A DNA stretch of 64,000 bases, taken from NCBI GenBank assembly GCA_017559855.1, contig JAFYQP010000058.1:615-64614 (forward strand), read 5' to 3'. Below, piece after piece: positions 41,838 to 54,037 of this stretch; the first letter of the stretch is position 1; every line of letters starts with the position of its first letter. A program made the translations under genes and the position numbers. Source of the stretch: Clostridia bacterium. GTDB lineage: Bacteria > Bacillota > Clostridia > Oscillospirales > JAAYXM01. A model generated the notes under the pieces. That model was not told the DNA's origin. It ran no database searches and was given only the letters and a program-made list of their open reading frames with translations.

Positions 41838-44678
41838 TTACTTTGCCTCCTTGCCTAAAATTTTACCCAGATAATGTCCGGTATATGATTTTTTGCACTT
41901 TGCCACCTGTTCGGGAGTGCCCGTACAAATAACCTTACCGCCCATATCTCCGCCCTCCGGGCCTAAATCAATCACATAATCTGAAGTTTTGATAACATCC
42001 AAATTATGCTCGATTACCACAACGGTATTTCCCGCTTCAACAAGACGGTCAAGCATTTCAATAAGTTTATGAACGTCGGCAATATGAAGTCCCGTTGTCG
42101 GCTCGTCTAAAATGTATATTGTCTTTCCTGTACTGCGTTTTGCAAGTTCGGTTGCAAGTTTCACTCTCTGTGCTTCGCCGCCGGATAGTGTGGTAGATGC
42201 CTGGCCTAACTTTACATATCCCAGACCTACTTCGCAAAGAGTATCTATTTTTCGTGCAATTTTGGGTATGTTTGCAAAAAATGCACTTGCCTCCTCGCAG
42301 GTCATATCCAAAACCTCATAAATATTCTTGCCTTTGTATCGTACCTCTAACGTCTCTCTGTTATAGCGTTTACCGCCACAAACGTCGCAGGGCACGTAAA
42401 TATCAGGTAAAAAGTGCATTTCAATCTTAAGCAGGCCGTCACCCGCACACGCCTCACATCTACCGCCACGGACATTAAAAGAAAAACGCCCCGCATTATA
42501 TCCTCGCATCTTCGCATCGGGAGTTGATGCAAAAAGCGTTCTTATATCATTGAAAACCCCCGTGTAGGTTGCAGGATTTGATCTCGGTGTTCGCCCGATT
42601 GGCGACTGGTCAATGTCGATGACCTTGTCAAGATGTTCAAGACCTTCCATATCCGCAAACTTACCCGGTTTTATCTTGGCACGATTTAGTTTAAGTGCAA
42701 GATGCTTATACAAAATCTCATTGACAAAAGAAGATTTACCCGAACCGGACACACCTGTTACACAAGTGAGTGTGCCCAGAGGAATCTCAATATCAACATT
42801 CTTAAGATTGTTCTCTCTTGCACCGATAACCTTTATCTTTTTACCGTTACCTACTCTTCTGGTTTTGGGAACGGGTACTTCTTTTCTCCTTGAAAGGTAC
42901 TGTCCCGTAAGGGATTTATCACAAGCGACGATGTCATCCACCGTACCTGCACACACGATTTCGCCGCCATGCACACCTGCACCCGGGCCAATATCAATAA
43001 TATAGTCCGCGGCTCGCATGGTATCCTCGTCATGCTCTACAACAAGCAAAGTATTTCCCAAGTCACGAAGGTTCTTGAGTGTATCAAGAAGTTTGTCGTT
43101 ATCCCTCTGATGCAGACCTATTGACGGCTCGTCAAGGATATACAAAACACCCATAAGGGACGAACCTATTTGTGTTGCAAGACGGATTCTCTGACTCTCA
43201 CCACCTGAGAGTGTTCCTGCACTTCTTGAAAGCGTCAGGTATTCAAGACCTACACTCTTAAGAAAACCTAACCGTTCGCAGATTTCCTTCAAAACCCGCT
43301 CTGCAATCTTCATCTCTCTCGGCGTTAAGTTTTCTTTAAGTTTCTCTATAAAATCGAGTCCGTCCTTTACGGAAAGTTCAGTAAAGTCTGCAATGCTGAT
43401 ACCGCCAACGGTTACTGCAAGTGCTTCTTTTTTCAGTCTTTTACCCTTGCATTCAGGACAGACAATATTTGACATGTATTCTTCAATTTCAGAACGCATA
43501 AACTCACTATTGGACTCATGGTACCTACGCTCTAAATTTCGTATAACACCATCAAAACTCTGCGTATATGTTCCTTTACCGTAGGCTTTGTCATATGAGA
43601 GTTCTATTTGATTTCTGCCCGTACCGTAAAGAATGGCATCAACCGCCTCTTTCGGCAACTCACCGATAGGTGTCCTCAAATCAAAACCATAGAATTTTGC
43701 AAGTCCGTCGTAATACATACGCGCCATAGTTCCCGGATCAGCGTGTACCCAACCTGTAACCGCAATGCCACCTTCCAAGATTGAAAGTGACTTGTCGGGA
43801 ATTACAAGTTCAGGATCAACTTTAAGCCACGTACCAAGACCGGTACATTCAGGACATGCACCATACGGGTTATTGAAGGAAAAAAGTCGAGGCGTTAACT
43901 CCTCAATGCTTATACCGCAGTCGTCGCATGCGTAATTTTGCGAAAACATATGCTCTTCGCCGCCGATAACGTCGATAATCACAATGCCACCTGCAAGTTT
44001 TGATGCAATTTCAACCGAGTCGGTAATTCTTGTCCTCGCCTCTTCTTTTACAATAAGTCGGTCGACAACAATTTCAATATTGTGTTTTTTGTTTTTGTCT
44101 AATTTAATTGTTTCAGACAAATCATAGATATTGCCGTCCACACGTACACGAACATAGCCTGATTTTGTTGCATCTTCAAAAACCTTTGCATATTCGCCCT
44201 TACGTGCCCGTACTACCGGAGCAAGTACCTGAAACTTAGTACCTGCCGGCATTCTCATAATATGATCAATAATCTGGTCTATAGTCTGCTGTTCGATAAC
44301 CTTTCCGCATTTCGGACAATGTGGCACACCTATACGTGCCCACAAAAGACGCAGATAGTCGTAAATTTCGGTTACCGTTCCCACGGTTGATCGTGGATTT
44401 TTTGACGTTGTCTTCTGATCAATGGAGATTGCAGGAGAGAGTCCTTCAATATAGTCAACATCCGGTTTTTCCATCTGGCCCAAAAATTGACGTGCGTATG
44501 AGGACAGCGACTCCATATAACGTCTCTGCCCCTCTGCATAAATTGTATCGAAAGCAAGGCTTGACTTTCCCGAACCGGAAAGTCCCGTAATCACGACAAG
44601 TTTATCACGTGGTATTTCCACGTCGATATTCTTTAAGTTGTGCTCACGTGCACCTTTTACAAAAATATTATCACGCAT
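41838..44678 (-). CDS. uvrA: excinuclease ABC subunit A
   Basis: 946 aa. Two ABC modules (GLSGSGKSS; GVSGSGKSS) and zinc-finger CxxC pairs. Confidence 0.98.
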   Translation of the reverse strand: MRDNIFVKGAREHNLKNIDVEIPRDKLVVITGLSGSGKSSLAFDTIYAEGQRRYMESLSSYARQFLGQMEKPDVDYIEGLSPAISIDQKTTSKNPRSTVGTVTEIYDYLRLLWARIGVPHCPKCGKVIEQQTIDQIIDHIMRMPAGTKFQVLAPVVRARKGEYAKVFEDATKSGYVRVRVDGNIYDLSETIKLDKNKKHNIEIVVDRLIVKEEARTRITDSVEIASKLAGGIVIIDVIGGEEHMFSQNYACDDCGISIEELTPRLFSFNNPYGACPECTGLGTWLKVDPELVIPDKSLSILEGGIAVTGWVHADPGTMARMYYDGLAKFYGFDLRTPIGELPKEAVDAILYGTGRNQIELSYDKAYGKGTYTQSFDGVIRNLERRYHESNSEFMRSEIEEYMSNIVCPECKGKRLKKEALAVTVGGISIADFTELSVKDGLDFIEKLKENLTPREMKIAERVLKEICERLGFLKSVGLEYLTLSRSAGTLSGGESQRIRLATQIGSSLMGVLYILDEPSIGLHQRDNDKLLDTLKNLRDLGNTLLVVEHDEDTMRAADYIIDIGPGAGVHGGEIVCAGTVDDIVACDKSLTGQYLSRRKEVPVPKTRRVGNGKKIKVIGARENNLKNVDIEIPLGTLTCVTGVSGSGKSSFVNEILYKHLALKLNRAKIKPGKFADMEGLEHLDKVIDIDQSPIGRTPRSNPATYTGVFNDIRTLFASTPDAKMRGYNAGRFSFNVRGGRCEACAGDGLLKIEMHFLPDIYVPCDVCGGKRYNRETLEVRYKGKNIYEVLDMTCEEASAFFANIPKIARKIDTLCEVGLGYVKLGQASTTLSGGEAQRVKLATELAKRSTGKTIYILDEPTTGLHIADVHKLIEMLDRLVEAGNTVVVIEHNLDVIKTSDYVIDLGPEGGDMGGKVICTGTPEQVAKCKKSYTGHYLGKILGKEAK

Positions 44679-46643
44679 TTATTTATCTCCTTCGCCACGT
44701 AATTCTATTATCTTATCACGCAGCATCGCAGCATATTCGAAATCAAGGAGTTTTGCCGCTTCCTTCATATCCTCTTCTAATTTTCTTATAAGTTCAACCT
44801 TCTCGGTCTTGCTCATCTTCTTTTTCTTGCCCGTGCCCTCTGCCGCCGACGAAATTTCTATAAGTTCATGGATGGTCTTCTTAACGGTTTTGGGCGTAAT
44901 TCCGTGCTCTTCGTTATATTGTCCTTGGATTTCACGACGACGGTTTGTCTCCCCTATCGCACGTTCCATAGAATCGGTAATCTTATCTGCATACATAATT
45001 ACTTTACCGTGATCGTTTCGTGCGGCACGGCCGATAGTCTGTATAAGAGATGTCTCGGAGCGTAGGAAACCTTCCTTGTCCGCATCAAGAATTGCGACAA
45101 GTGACACTTCAGGTATGTCAAGGCCTTCGCGTAGAAGGTTTATTCCAACAAGTACGTCAAATTCACCCAGACGAAGTGAGCGGATAATTTCCATTCGCTC
45201 AATAGTCGCTACGTCGTGATGCAGATATTTAACCTTAATCCCCGCACCTTCCAGGTATCCGGTCAAGTCCTCTGCCATTTTCTTTGTAAGCGTCGTCACA
45301 AGCACACGCTCTCCCGCTTCCACACGGGCGTTTATTTCACCGATAAGGTCATCAATCTGACCTTCCGTGGGACGAACGTCAATTTCCGGATCAAGTAGAC
45401 CTGTCGGACGTATAATCTGCTCCACCACCTGTGCCGATCTTGACCGCTCATACTCACCCGGTGTTGCAGATACATAAACCACTTGATTTATATGCTCATT
45501 GAATTCCTCGAAATTTAAAGGTCTGTTATCGAATGCTGACGGAAGTCTGAAACCAAAGTCAACAAGAGTTTCCTTTCTTGCACGATCACCTGCGTACATT
45601 CCTCTTACCTGCGGAAGTGTAACATGTGATTCGTCTACAACAAGAAGGAAATCATCGGGGAAATAGTCTAAAAGTGTATATGGTGGGCTTCCCGCTTCCC
45701 TTCCGCTTATAATTCGAGAATAGTTTTCAATTCCCGTACAATAGCCGATCTCTTGCATCATTTCCACATCATACAGTGTTCTCTGACGGATTCTTTGTGC
45801 TTCAATGAGTTTGCCTACAGCCTCAAACTCCTTTACTCTTGCTTCCATTTCGCAGATGATCTCTTCCATTGCTTTTGCCATTTTTTCAGGAGTTGATACA
45901 TAATGTGATGCAGGATAAATCGCCACGTGGAAAAGCTCTCTCTTCGGCATACCCGTAACCACGTTAATCTCCGATATTCGTTCCACCTCATCACCGAAAA
46001 ATTCGACTCTTATTGCACTGTCGCTGGAATATACGGGAAAAATTTCGACAGTGTCTCCTCGCACCCTGAATTTATTTCGTTCAAATGCTATATCGTTGCG
46101 TTCATAACGTATTTCTATAAGTTTCCTGATAACCGCATCACGGTCATAAGTCATACCCGGTCGCAGGGATATAACCATGCTGTTATAATCAATGGGATCA
46201 CCAAGACCGTAAATGCACGACACACTTGCAACTATTATTACGTCACGGCGTTCTGCAAGGGAGGATGTTGCACTGTGGCGTAAACGGTCGATTTCCTCAT
46301 TTGTCGCAGAGTCCTTTTCAATGTACGTGTCCGTGTGTGGAATATACGCCTCAGGTTGGTAATAATCGAAGTAAGAAACGAAGTATTCAACCGCATTGTC
46401 AGGGAAAAACTCGCGAAATTCAGAACAAAGTTGTGCCGCAAGAGTCTTATTGTGAGCAAGAACGAGTGTGGGCTTATTTACTCGCTCAATAAGATTTGCA
46501 ATCGTATATGTCTTACCCGAACCGGTAACGCCCAAAAGAGTCTGCTCTTCAAGGCCTAACTCCACACCTTTTGCAAGTTTATCTATCGCCTGCGGTTGGT
46601 CTCCGGTGGGCTTATATTCTGAATGTAGAACAAATTTTTCCAT
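44679..46643 (-). CDS. uvrB: excinuclease ABC subunit B
   Basis: 654 aa. GVTGSGKT, the DESH box, and a C-terminal UVR domain ([12 protein letters not shown]). Confidence 0.98.
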   Translation of the reverse strand: MEKFVLHSEYKPTGDQPQAIDKLAKGVELGLEEQTLLGVTGSGKTYTIANLIERVNKPTLVLAHNKTLAAQLCSEFREFFPDNAVEYFVSYFDYYQPEAYIPHTDTYIEKDSATNEEIDRLRHSATSSLAERRDVIIVASVSCIYGLGDPIDYNSMVISLRPGMTYDRDAVIRKLIEIRYERNDIAFERNKFRVRGDTVEIFPVYSSDSAIRVEFFGDEVERISEINVVTGMPKRELFHVAIYPASHYVSTPEKMAKAMEEIICEMEARVKEFEAVGKLIEAQRIRQRTLYDVEMMQEIGYCTGIENYSRIISGREAGSPPYTLLDYFPDDFLLVVDESHVTLPQVRGMYAGDRARKETLVDFGFRLPSAFDNRPLNFEEFNEHINQVVYVSATPGEYERSRSAQVVEQIIRPTGLLDPEIDVRPTEGQIDDLIGEINARVEAGERVLVTTLTKKMAEDLTGYLEGAGIKVKYLHHDVATIERMEIIRSLRLGEFDVLVGINLLREGLDIPEVSLVAILDADKEGFLRSETSLIQTIGRAARNDHGKVIMYADKITDSMERAIGETNRRREIQGQYNEEHGITPKTVKKTIHELIEISSAAEGTGKKKKMSKTEKVELIRKLEEDMKEAAKLLDFEYAAMLRDKIIELRGEGDK

Positions 46644-46652
46644 AATCGCAAG

Positions 46653-47336
46653 TTACCTCATATACTTCGCCATAAATTCAAAAACAGATACGTAGTCATC
46701 CTCCGAAACGACTATGTGATCCTCTAACTTTACGCCGATTTTACCAAGTTCTTCATTTAATATTCGTGTAGTTTCACAGTCTTTTGGCGAGGGAAGAGCG
46801 TTTCCTCCAACGTGATTATGTGCAACTATAACACGCATCGCTTTATAAAGCACAGCCAACTTAATAACCTCGTAAACGCTGACGTGTACCGCATTTACCG
46901 AGCCTTTTGATACTCTGTCAACATGCAAAACCCCGCCGTTATCCGCAAGGCAGACTACGATAAACTCCTCTTCGTCGCAACCGATGAATTTATCCACGAT
47001 AAAATCACGCACGTGTTCGCTATTTTTCAAAACCTTGCTTTTACTGCCGTCCTGCCATTTGGACAGACGGTATTTGCGGTAGAATTTCGGAATCAGTTTA
47101 ATCTGTGCAGCGGCAGCCTCACCTACACCGGGGAAATTTTTAAGCAACTCGTATGGTGCATCCATAACGGCAAAAAGTGAGCCGAACTCCCCGATTAACT
47201 GCCTTGCGATTTCGCAGGTGTCACGGCGTTGAATTGCACCTGCCAAAATCATTTCAAGCACTGCATATTCGGGAATTTCATCAATATCCTCTTCCATAAG
47301 TCTTTTTCTCAGTCGTGCTCTGTGTCCTTCTGCCAT
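46653..47336 (-). CDS. radC: RadC-family JAB/MPN-domain protein
   Basis: 227 aa. N-terminal HhH region and the C-terminal motif AHNHVGGNALPSPKD. Confidence 0.9.
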   Translation of the reverse strand: MAEGHRARLRKRLMEEDIDEIPEYAVLEMILAGAIQRRDTCEIARQLIGEFGSLFAVMDAPYELLKNFPGVGEAAAAQIKLIPKFYRKYRLSKWQDGSKSKVLKNSEHVRDFIVDKFIGCDEEEFIVVCLADNGGVLHVDRVSKGSVNAVHVSVYEVIKLAVLYKAMRVIVAHNHVGGNALPSPKDCETTRILNEELGKIGVKLEDHIVVSEDDYVSVFEFMAKYMR

Positions 47337-47448
47337 TTTTCATTCACCTTTAAATTAATATTATCTGCTATATTTTATCATATTTTTAAATTTTTCTCAA
47401 TAGTTCTCATATCCATTTTTTATTTTTTACAATCGCTTAAAAAATAGT

Positions 47449-47476
47449 TTGTTTTTTGTAGAATATATGTTATAAT
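47449..47476 (+). promoter_or_regulatory. sigmaA-type promoter of metK
   Basis: TTGTTT, 16 nt, TATAAT, with a TGt extended -10. Confidence 0.5.
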
Positions 47477-47515
47477 ACTTTTGTATATCTCCGTAGAAAT
47501 GGAATGGTGAAAAAT

Positions 47516-48706
47516 ATGGCACATTACAAATTTACATCTGAATCAGTTACCGAAGGACATCCGGATAAGGTCTGCGACCAAATTTCCGACGCTGTCCTTG
47601 ATGCTATTCTCGCAGAAGATCCCATGTCCCGTGTCGCTTGTGAAAGCGTTGTTACAACGGGTATGGCACTTGTTATGGGTGAAATTTCCACAAATTGTTA
47701 TGTGGACATCCCCTCTATCGTTCGCAAGACAATAACCGACATTGGATATGACAATCCCGAAGTTGGTTACAACGGCAACACTTGTGCGGTGCTTACTTCA
47801 ATTGATGAACAGTCATCTGATATAGCACTCGGCGTTGACAACGCCCTTGAAATCAAGGCAAATGACGTTGATGCCGCAAACCAGATCGGTGCAGGCGACC
47901 AGGGTATGATGTTCGGCTTTGCTTGTGATGAAACCCCCGAACTTATGCCCGCACCCATTACTTACGCTCACCGTATGGCTCAACGCCTTACCGCTGTGCG
48001 TAAATCCGGCGAGGTGGACTTCATCCGCCCCGACGGTAAAACTCAGGTTACCTTTGAATATGACGAAAACGGTAAAATCGTTCGTTGCGATGCTGTTGTA
48101 CTTTCTACCCAGCATTCCCCCGACGTTTCTCTCGAAGTCGTACGTGATGCGATGTTCGAAACCGTAATCTCCCCTATCCTTCCGCAGGAATACATTGATG
48201 CAAATACAAAGATTTACATCAACCCCACCGGCCGTTTTGTAACAGGCGGACCGCAGGGCGACTCCGGCCTTACCGGTCGAAAAATTATCGTCGATACATA
48301 CGGCGGTTATGCTCGTCACGGTGGCGGTGCATTCTCAGGAAAAGATCCCACAAAGGTTGACCGTTCCGCTGCATATATGGCACGTTATATCGCAAAGAAT
48401 ATTGTTGCGGCAGGTCTTGCAAAGCGTTGTGAACTTCAGGTTGCATATGCTATCGGTGTTGCACATCCGGTTTCCGTACTTGTTGAAACTCAGGGTACAG
48501 GTATTATTCCCGACGAGCAGATTGCACGTCTTGTTTCGGAGAACTTTGATATGCGTCCTGCTAAGATTATCGAGCAGTTTGATCTCCGTCGTCCCATTTA
48601 CAAGCAAACCGCGGCTTACGGTCACTTTGGCCGTCCCGAACTCGACCTCCCGTGGGAACTTGTTGACAAGGCTGACCTTCTCCGCGATTGTGCAGGAATT
48701 AAATAG
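47516..48706 (+). CDS. metK: S-adenosylmethionine synthase
   Basis: [38 protein letters not shown] prefer the ATG at 47516 to the one at 47504. Confidence 0.97.
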   Translation: MAHYKFTSESVTEGHPDKVCDQISDAVLDAILAEDPMSRVACESVVTTGMALVMGEISTNCYVDIPSIVRKTITDIGYDNPEVGYNGNTCAVLTSIDEQSSDIALGVDNALEIKANDVDAANQIGAGDQGMMFGFACDETPELMPAPITYAHRMAQRLTAVRKSGEVDFIRPDGKTQVTFEYDENGKIVRCDAVVLSTQHSPDVSLEVVRDAMFETVISPILPQEYIDANTKIYINPTGRFVTGGPQGDSGLTGRKIIVDTYGGYARHGGGAFSGKDPTKVDRSAAYMARYIAKNIVAAGLAKRCELQVAYAIGVAHPVSVLVETQGTGIIPDEQIARLVSENFDMRPAKIIEQFDLRRPIYKQTAAYGHFGRPELDLPWELVDKADLLRDCAGIK

Positions 48707-48713
48707 TAATCTA

Positions 48714-48742
48714 TGTCGCGAGCATTTTTTGCTTGCGACATT
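48714..48742 (+). terminator. hairpin after metK
   Basis: 11-bp stem atgtcgcgagc/gcttgcgacat. The T-run is weak, so readthrough into the next gene is possible. Confidence 0.5.
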
Positions 48743-48761
48743 TACTTAAAGGAGCAAAACT

Positions 48762-49787
48762 ATGTCTAAAATAAAATACCTTCTCCGTCGTCTTTTCCGC
48801 ATCAATTTAAAAGGTATGCCTGAGCGAATAAATGAGGCACATAAAAGATCCGGTAAAAACCGTCTTTTCATATTCTTTGATATGATAAACTGTGCTATTC
48901 GTTATCAGGCCGGATATATTGAATACGTTATATACGGTATGTACGATATGAATGCAAAACAGAGAGAAACCGTGCTTACCGCAGGAAAAAACAACCGCTA
49001 CGTCGCGGCACTTAACAAAAAATCCGATTGGGACTTTTTCGAGAACAAAATCAAGTTCTTAAACACGTTCCGTGCGGAAACCGCACGAGACTTTCTTGAT
49101 TTGACTTGTGCAACGCTTGATGAATTCAAGGCGTTTATTGCAAAACATCCTACTTTTATGGCAAAACCATTTGACGGCATTTGCGGTAAAGGAATTGAAA
49201 AAATAGACTCCCTCGAACAAAACGCAGATGATTTATATCAAAGTTTAAAATCCTCCGGACAAACACTTTTGGAGGAAGTAATCATTCAGCACCCCGAACT
49301 TAACAAATTAAACCCCTCTGCAATCAATACAATACGAATCGTTACCATCGTAAAAGACAACCTCCCCCACGTTGTTTTTGCAGGACTCCGTTGCGGAAGA
49401 GCTGGTTTTGTCGTTGACAATTTTGTTGCAGGCGGCATGACCGTGCCCATAGACATAGAAACGGGTGTTATAAACAACGTTGCGGTTGACAAGGTCGGAA
49501 ATGTTTTCGACATACACCCGGATACGAAAACCCCGTTCCATGGTTTAAAACTTCCCGATTGGGACGCGGTTATCGCCCTTGCAAAAACCGCTGCACTCAG
49601 AGTAGAAACGGTAAAATACGTAGGATGGGACATTGCATCAACCCCGACAGGTCCGATTCTTGTTGAGGGAAACCATTTCCCCGGCCAGGTACTCTACCAA
49701 TTAAAAGCACAAACGCCCGATAAAATCGGTATGCTCCCCGCTTATGAAGCGGTTATCCCAATGAAAGATTTAGTACCGTTAAAATAA
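48762..49787 (+). CDS. ATP-grasp family protein (sugar-transfer-associated ATP-grasp type)
   Basis: 341 aa. KPFDGICGKGIEKI, NTIRIVT and RCGRAGFVVDNFVAGGMTVPIDIETG resemble the ATPgrasp_ST family. This is from memory and was not searched. Confidence 0.7.
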   Translation: MSKIKYLLRRLFRINLKGMPERINEAHKRSGKNRLFIFFDMINCAIRYQAGYIEYVIYGMYDMNAKQRETVLTAGKNNRYVAALNKKSDWDFFENKIKFLNTFRAETARDFLDLTCATLDEFKAFIAKHPTFMAKPFDGICGKGIEKIDSLEQNADDLYQSLKSSGQTLLEEVIIQHPELNKLNPSAINTIRIVTIVKDNLPHVVFAGLRCGRAGFVVDNFVAGGMTVPIDIETGVINNVAVDKVGNVFDIHPDTKTPFHGLKLPDWDAVIALAKTAALRVETVKYVGWDIASTPTGPILVEGNHFPGQVLYQLKAQTPDKIGMLPAYEAVIPMKDLVPLK

Positions 49788-49790
49788 AAA

Positions 49791-49817
49791 AGAAGCAGAG
49801 GTCTTGCCTCTGCTTCT
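49791..49817. terminator. bidirectional intrinsic terminator
   Basis: 11-bp stem agaagcagagg/cctctgcttct, flanked by A5 and T6, between convergent genes. Confidence 0.8.
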
Positions 49818-49820
49818 TTT

Positions 49821-51662
49821 TTATTCTCGTTCTTCAAATTGGCTATTGTAAAGTTCTGCGTAAAAACCGCCCTTATCTAAAAGTTGCTCGTGTGTACCAC
49901 TCTCCACTATATCACCGTCACGCAGCACCAATATAAGGTCTGCGTTTTTGATGGTTGAAAGTCTGTGGGCGATTACAAATGACGTGCGATTTTTCATAAG
50001 TTCATCCATCGCATTCTGGATAACAAGTTCCGTGCGTGTATCAACCGAACTTGTCGCCTCATCTAATATGAGCATCGGTTTATCCGCAATCATTGCCCTT
50101 GCAATGGTGAGTTGCTGTTTCTGGCCCTGAGATAAATTCACGTGGTCATCGAGCACGGTATCATAACCTTTTGACAACGTACGCACAAAATGGTCAATTC
50201 CAACCGCCTTACAAGCACGAATCATCTGTTCATCCGTCACATTTTCCGTGCAGTAAATTAAGTTTTCACGCACAGTTCCCTCAAAAAGCCATGTATCCTG
50301 AAGCACCATGCAAAACTGTTCATGTACTTGCTCACGGGTTAAATCCTTAATGGATACACCGTCTATTTTTATGTCGCCGTTCTTAATCTCATGGAAACGC
50401 ATAAGAAGGTTTACCATAGTCGTCTTTCCTGCACCGGTGGGACCGACAATTGCTATTTTCTGTCCGGGAAGTGCTCTCGCGGAGAAATCCTTAATTACAA
50501 TCTTATCCGAATTTTCATACCCGAATTCAACGTGCTCAAACTCTACCTTTCCACGCACCTCAAACCCGGTATTGTTTTTATGACTTTCGTCTTCCATTTC
50601 CTCGCTTTCCAAAAATTCAAACACACGCTCTCCCGCTGCAGCTGCAGATTGCATGGACTGTACCGCCTGTGCTATCTGCGATAACGGCTGGGTGAAGAAT
50701 TTTATATACATCATAAATGCGACGATGACTCCAAAGGAAATATGTCCGTACATTACAAGGACAGCACCTACAATACATACCGCAACATATCCTAAATTCC
50801 CAATAAACGTCATAAGCGGCATCATAAGGCCGGAAAGACTCTGTGCCTTGAACGCACTATCTCTGAGCGTTCTGTTCATTTCATCAAATGTAGCTTTTGC
50901 TTCATCCTCACCATTATACGCCTTCATCACCGTATGTCCTGCGTACATTTCCTCAATATGTCCGTTTAACTGACCGAGCCAATGTTGCTGACGTTTAAAA
51001 TATTTCTGCGAATTTTTTGTTATCAAACGCATAAGAACAAAACCAATAATTGTTGATATTATTGCGGTTGCAGTCATAATCACATCGGTAAATATCATCA
51101 TTATAAGTGAACCTACCATAAGTGTCACAGAGGAAATAAGATTTCCCACACTCATATTAAGTGTATGACCTATTGTGTCAACGTCATTAGTTACACGGGA
51201 AAGGATATCACCGGTGGTTGTATTATTGTAAAACCAAATTGGCAGACGGTTGATTTTCGTCGATATATCACGGCGGAGCATCTTTGTAATACTCTGTGTC
51301 ACCGTTGCCATAACAAATCCTTGAACTGCCGAGAGCGTAGCACTAAGTGCATATATCACCACAAGAGTTATACCCACGGTGTATATTGCGTCCATATCAA
51401 TACCGACGCCCATTCCCTTTTCAATAATGCTTGTCAATTTTGAGATTCTATCGGGACCTATAAGTGCCAGAACGGTACTGAAGAATGCACACGCAAGAGT
51501 GAGTATAATCGCTGCAATATGCTTTTTTGAATATTTTAAAAGTTTAAGCCATGTTCCCTTGAAATCTTTTGGTTTTTCAACTATTCGCATTCGGTGAGCA
51601 CCCGGTCCTCGCATTGGACGGGACGTGCCTTTTTGTCCGAAATCATACTCTTTGTTTTTCAT
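49821..51662 (-). CDS. ABC exporter, fused permease/ATPase (type I exporter half-transporter)
   Basis: 613 aa. Six-TM domain, Walker A GPTGAGKTT, signature LSQGQKQ, Walker B LILDEA. Confidence 0.93.
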   Translation of the reverse strand: MKNKEYDFGQKGTSRPMRGPGAHRMRIVEKPKDFKGTWLKLLKYSKKHIAAIILTLACAFFSTVLALIGPDRISKLTSIIEKGMGVGIDMDAIYTVGITLVVIYALSATLSAVQGFVMATVTQSITKMLRRDISTKINRLPIWFYNNTTTGDILSRVTNDVDTIGHTLNMSVGNLISSVTLMVGSLIMMIFTDVIMTATAIISTIIGFVLMRLITKNSQKYFKRQQHWLGQLNGHIEEMYAGHTVMKAYNGEDEAKATFDEMNRTLRDSAFKAQSLSGLMMPLMTFIGNLGYVAVCIVGAVLVMYGHISFGVIVAFMMYIKFFTQPLSQIAQAVQSMQSAAAAGERVFEFLESEEMEDESHKNNTGFEVRGKVEFEHVEFGYENSDKIVIKDFSARALPGQKIAIVGPTGAGKTTMVNLLMRFHEIKNGDIKIDGVSIKDLTREQVHEQFCMVLQDTWLFEGTVRENLIYCTENVTDEQMIRACKAVGIDHFVRTLSKGYDTVLDDHVNLSQGQKQQLTIARAMIADKPMLILDEATSSVDTRTELVIQNAMDELMKNRTSFVIAHRLSTIKNADLILVLRDGDIVESGTHEQLLDKGGFYAELYNSQFEERE

Positions 51663-53422
51663 CAGGCAAGTTCCTCCTTTGAAAGTTGTGAAAGAGCTAT
51701 GTTCTGATAGACCTCACAGTTTTTCATAAGTTGGTCGTGGCGTCCTATACCTGCAACCTTACCCTCATCCAATACAATAATTTTATCCGCATCACGGATT
51801 GTGCCAATACGTTGTGCAACAATAACGTGAGTTGCACCCTTACACTTTTCATCCAACGCACGACGTAGTGCTTTATCCGTCTTATAGTCAAGTGCCGAGA
51901 AAGAGTCATCGAAAATAAATATGTCCGGTTTTCTGCAAACGGCACGGGCTATAGATATTCTTTGTCGCTGACCACCTGATAAGTTCATGCCGCCTTGTGC
52001 CACGTATTCCTCATACTTATTCACTCTTTCCTCAACAAAGTCGGTTGCCTGTGCGGTAGCAACTGCACTTATTACATCCGCCATATCCGCATCATCTTTG
52101 CCGTTTGAACCGTAGTTTACATTACTTAAAATTGTACCTGAGAACAAAATTGCACGTTGAGAAACGTAGCCGATACCGTTTCGCAGAGTTTTCTGTGCAT
52201 AGTTGCGGACGTTAATTCCACCAACTAAAACCTCGCCCTCCGTTACGTCGTAAAATCTGGGTATAAGATTTACAACGGTGCTTTTACCGCAACCGGTAGC
52301 ACCAATAATGGCAACCTTCTCCCCTTTTCTGACAGAGAACGATACATTTTCAAGCACATAATCCTCTGCATCGGGATATTTGAAACTTACATTTTTAAAT
52401 TCAATTTCGCCACGATGCTCTTCCGGAATTTCCGAAACCTCACCGTCTTTAATAGACGCTTTTACGTCAAGTACGCCATTTACACGCTTTGCAGAAACAA
52501 GTGCTCGCGGCAGCATATTTCCGACGAAAATAAGAGACATAAAAGACATTACAACCTGCATTGCGTACGAAACGAACACTACCATATCCGAGAAAAGGTT
52601 TAATTTATCCGCCATATTTACCGCATTGCTGATTAAAATAGCACCAATCCAATAAACCGCAAGTGTAAGTCCGTTATTCACAAGACTTGTACCCGGATGC
52701 ATAAAACTCATAACCCGTGTACCGAAAAGATGTGTGCGGCAGAGTTCATCGTTTGCACCTTCAAATTTTTCTTCCTGATATTCCTCCGCATTATATGCAC
52801 GAACAACACGAAGACCGGTTAAATTTTCTCTTGTAACACGGTTTAAATTGTCGGTAAGTTTCTGTAATTTTTTAAATTTCGGTGTTGCAAGAGACAGACA
52901 AGTAAGCATTATTACAACAAGTGCACCAACTGCAATTAATGTAGCATAAGTCCAATACCAATTTGTGTTTGCTATTTTAAATACCGCCCACAATGCCTTG
53001 ATAGGTGCCTTGACAATTACTTCAAGGCCCATTACGATTATCATCATTACCTGCGTGACGTCATTTGTTGTACGGGTAATCAGACTTGCGGTGGAGAAAT
53101 TGCCGATTTCTTGCATTGAAAAACTCTGCACTTTACCAAATAGTTCTCCTCTTAAATTAGCGGAGAAATTTGATGCGATTTTTGAAACGCAAATTGCAGT
53201 TGCCACTTGAGCCAAAAGACTGCCAAGTGCACAAAGAAGCATATTTCCGCCTGCAATCAAAATGGCGTTCATCGTACTTTGTTTGGTTTTGACAAGACTT
53301 GTTACCACTTTCATATAATCGGGTAACTTTAAGTCAAACCAAACCTGCACAACGATAAGAACTATCGTAAGCACCGTGAACGCCCAATCTTCTTTCTTAA
53401 ATTTTCCAAGTAATTTAAACAT
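51662..53422 (-). CDS. ABC exporter, fused permease/ATPase (heterodimer partner)
   Basis: 586 aa. Walker A GATGCGKST, signature LSGGQRQ, Walker B FIFDDS. Overlaps the downstream partner by 1 nt. Confidence 0.93.
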   Translation of the reverse strand: MFKLLGKFKKEDWAFTVLTIVLIVVQVWFDLKLPDYMKVVTSLVKTKQSTMNAILIAGGNMLLCALGSLLAQVATAICVSKIASNFSANLRGELFGKVQSFSMQEIGNFSTASLITRTTNDVTQVMMIIVMGLEVIVKAPIKALWAVFKIANTNWYWTYATLIAVGALVVIMLTCLSLATPKFKKLQKLTDNLNRVTRENLTGLRVVRAYNAEEYQEEKFEGANDELCRTHLFGTRVMSFMHPGTSLVNNGLTLAVYWIGAILISNAVNMADKLNLFSDMVVFVSYAMQVVMSFMSLIFVGNMLPRALVSAKRVNGVLDVKASIKDGEVSEIPEEHRGEIEFKNVSFKYPDAEDYVLENVSFSVRKGEKVAIIGATGCGKSTVVNLIPRFYDVTEGEVLVGGINVRNYAQKTLRNGIGYVSQRAILFSGTILSNVNYGSNGKDDADMADVISAVATAQATDFVEERVNKYEEYVAQGGMNLSGGQRQRISIARAVCRKPDIFIFDDSFSALDYKTDKALRRALDEKCKGATHVIVAQRIGTIRDADKIIVLDEGKVAGIGRHDQLMKNCEVYQNIALSQLSKEELA

Positions 53423-53444
53423 AAGGAACCACCTCTTTCGGGTA

Positions 53445-54032
53445 TTATTTACCCTGTTTTTTTATCCCCGAAACCACGTAAATTTCATCTTCTACACATA
53501 CGTCAACCGTGAAATGCGGTGCAAAAAGTTCCCCCAGTTTTTTACATTCCATAAGTTCGTTTGAAATGCCCGCAGGACATCCTTTGTGATGATTATTGAT
53601 TTCATCACGACTCATCCCGTGGGCAATTGTAAGCCGTCCGCCATCCTTTAATTTTTCCGAAAGGTTTTCTATTAAGCGTGCAGGATTTTCAAAATGCGGA
53701 AAAGCATTATACACAACGCATACGTCAAATCCGGAAATCGCCAGTTTCTCAACATCGGAACAAATGAATTTCACATTGGGGAAGTTAAACTTCCCCCGTG
53801 CAATTTCAATCATTTTAGATGATATATCCACACCACAAACTTCTCCCACGTTCCGTGCAAGATAATCAGGGACAAGAACACCGGTGCCGCAGGCAACGTC
53901 AAGAACTTTCATACCTTGAGCAACACCTGCATAATCCAAAATTCTGTAAACCCGGTCGGCGGACTTAATTTCAAGTGCATCCCATTTTTCGGCTACACTG
54001 TTAAAAAATTCTGTTACAAGGTCTTTATTCAT
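53445..54032 (-). CDS. class I SAM-dependent methyltransferase
   Basis: 195 aa. Motif I VLDVACGTG. Confidence 0.88.
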   Translation of the reverse strand: MNKDLVTEFFNSVAEKWDALEIKSADRVYRILDYAGVAQGMKVLDVACGTGVLVPDYLARNVGEVCGVDISSKMIEIARGKFNFPNVKFICSDVEKLAISGFDVCVVYNAFPHFENPARLIENLSEKLKDGGRLTIAHGMSRDEINNHHKGCPAGISNELMECKKLGELFAPHFTVDVCVEDEIYVVSGIKKQGK

Positions 54033-54037
54033 TTTCT

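Noticed and set aside
47337-47515. Possible SAM (S-box) riboswitch upstream of metK
   Set aside because: The region is very AT-rich. The promoter leaves a UTR of only about 35 nt, and none of the conserved S-box helices or motifs is present.
47813-48319. 168-aa minus-strand ORF
   Set aside because: It is antisense to metK and is a shadow ORF.
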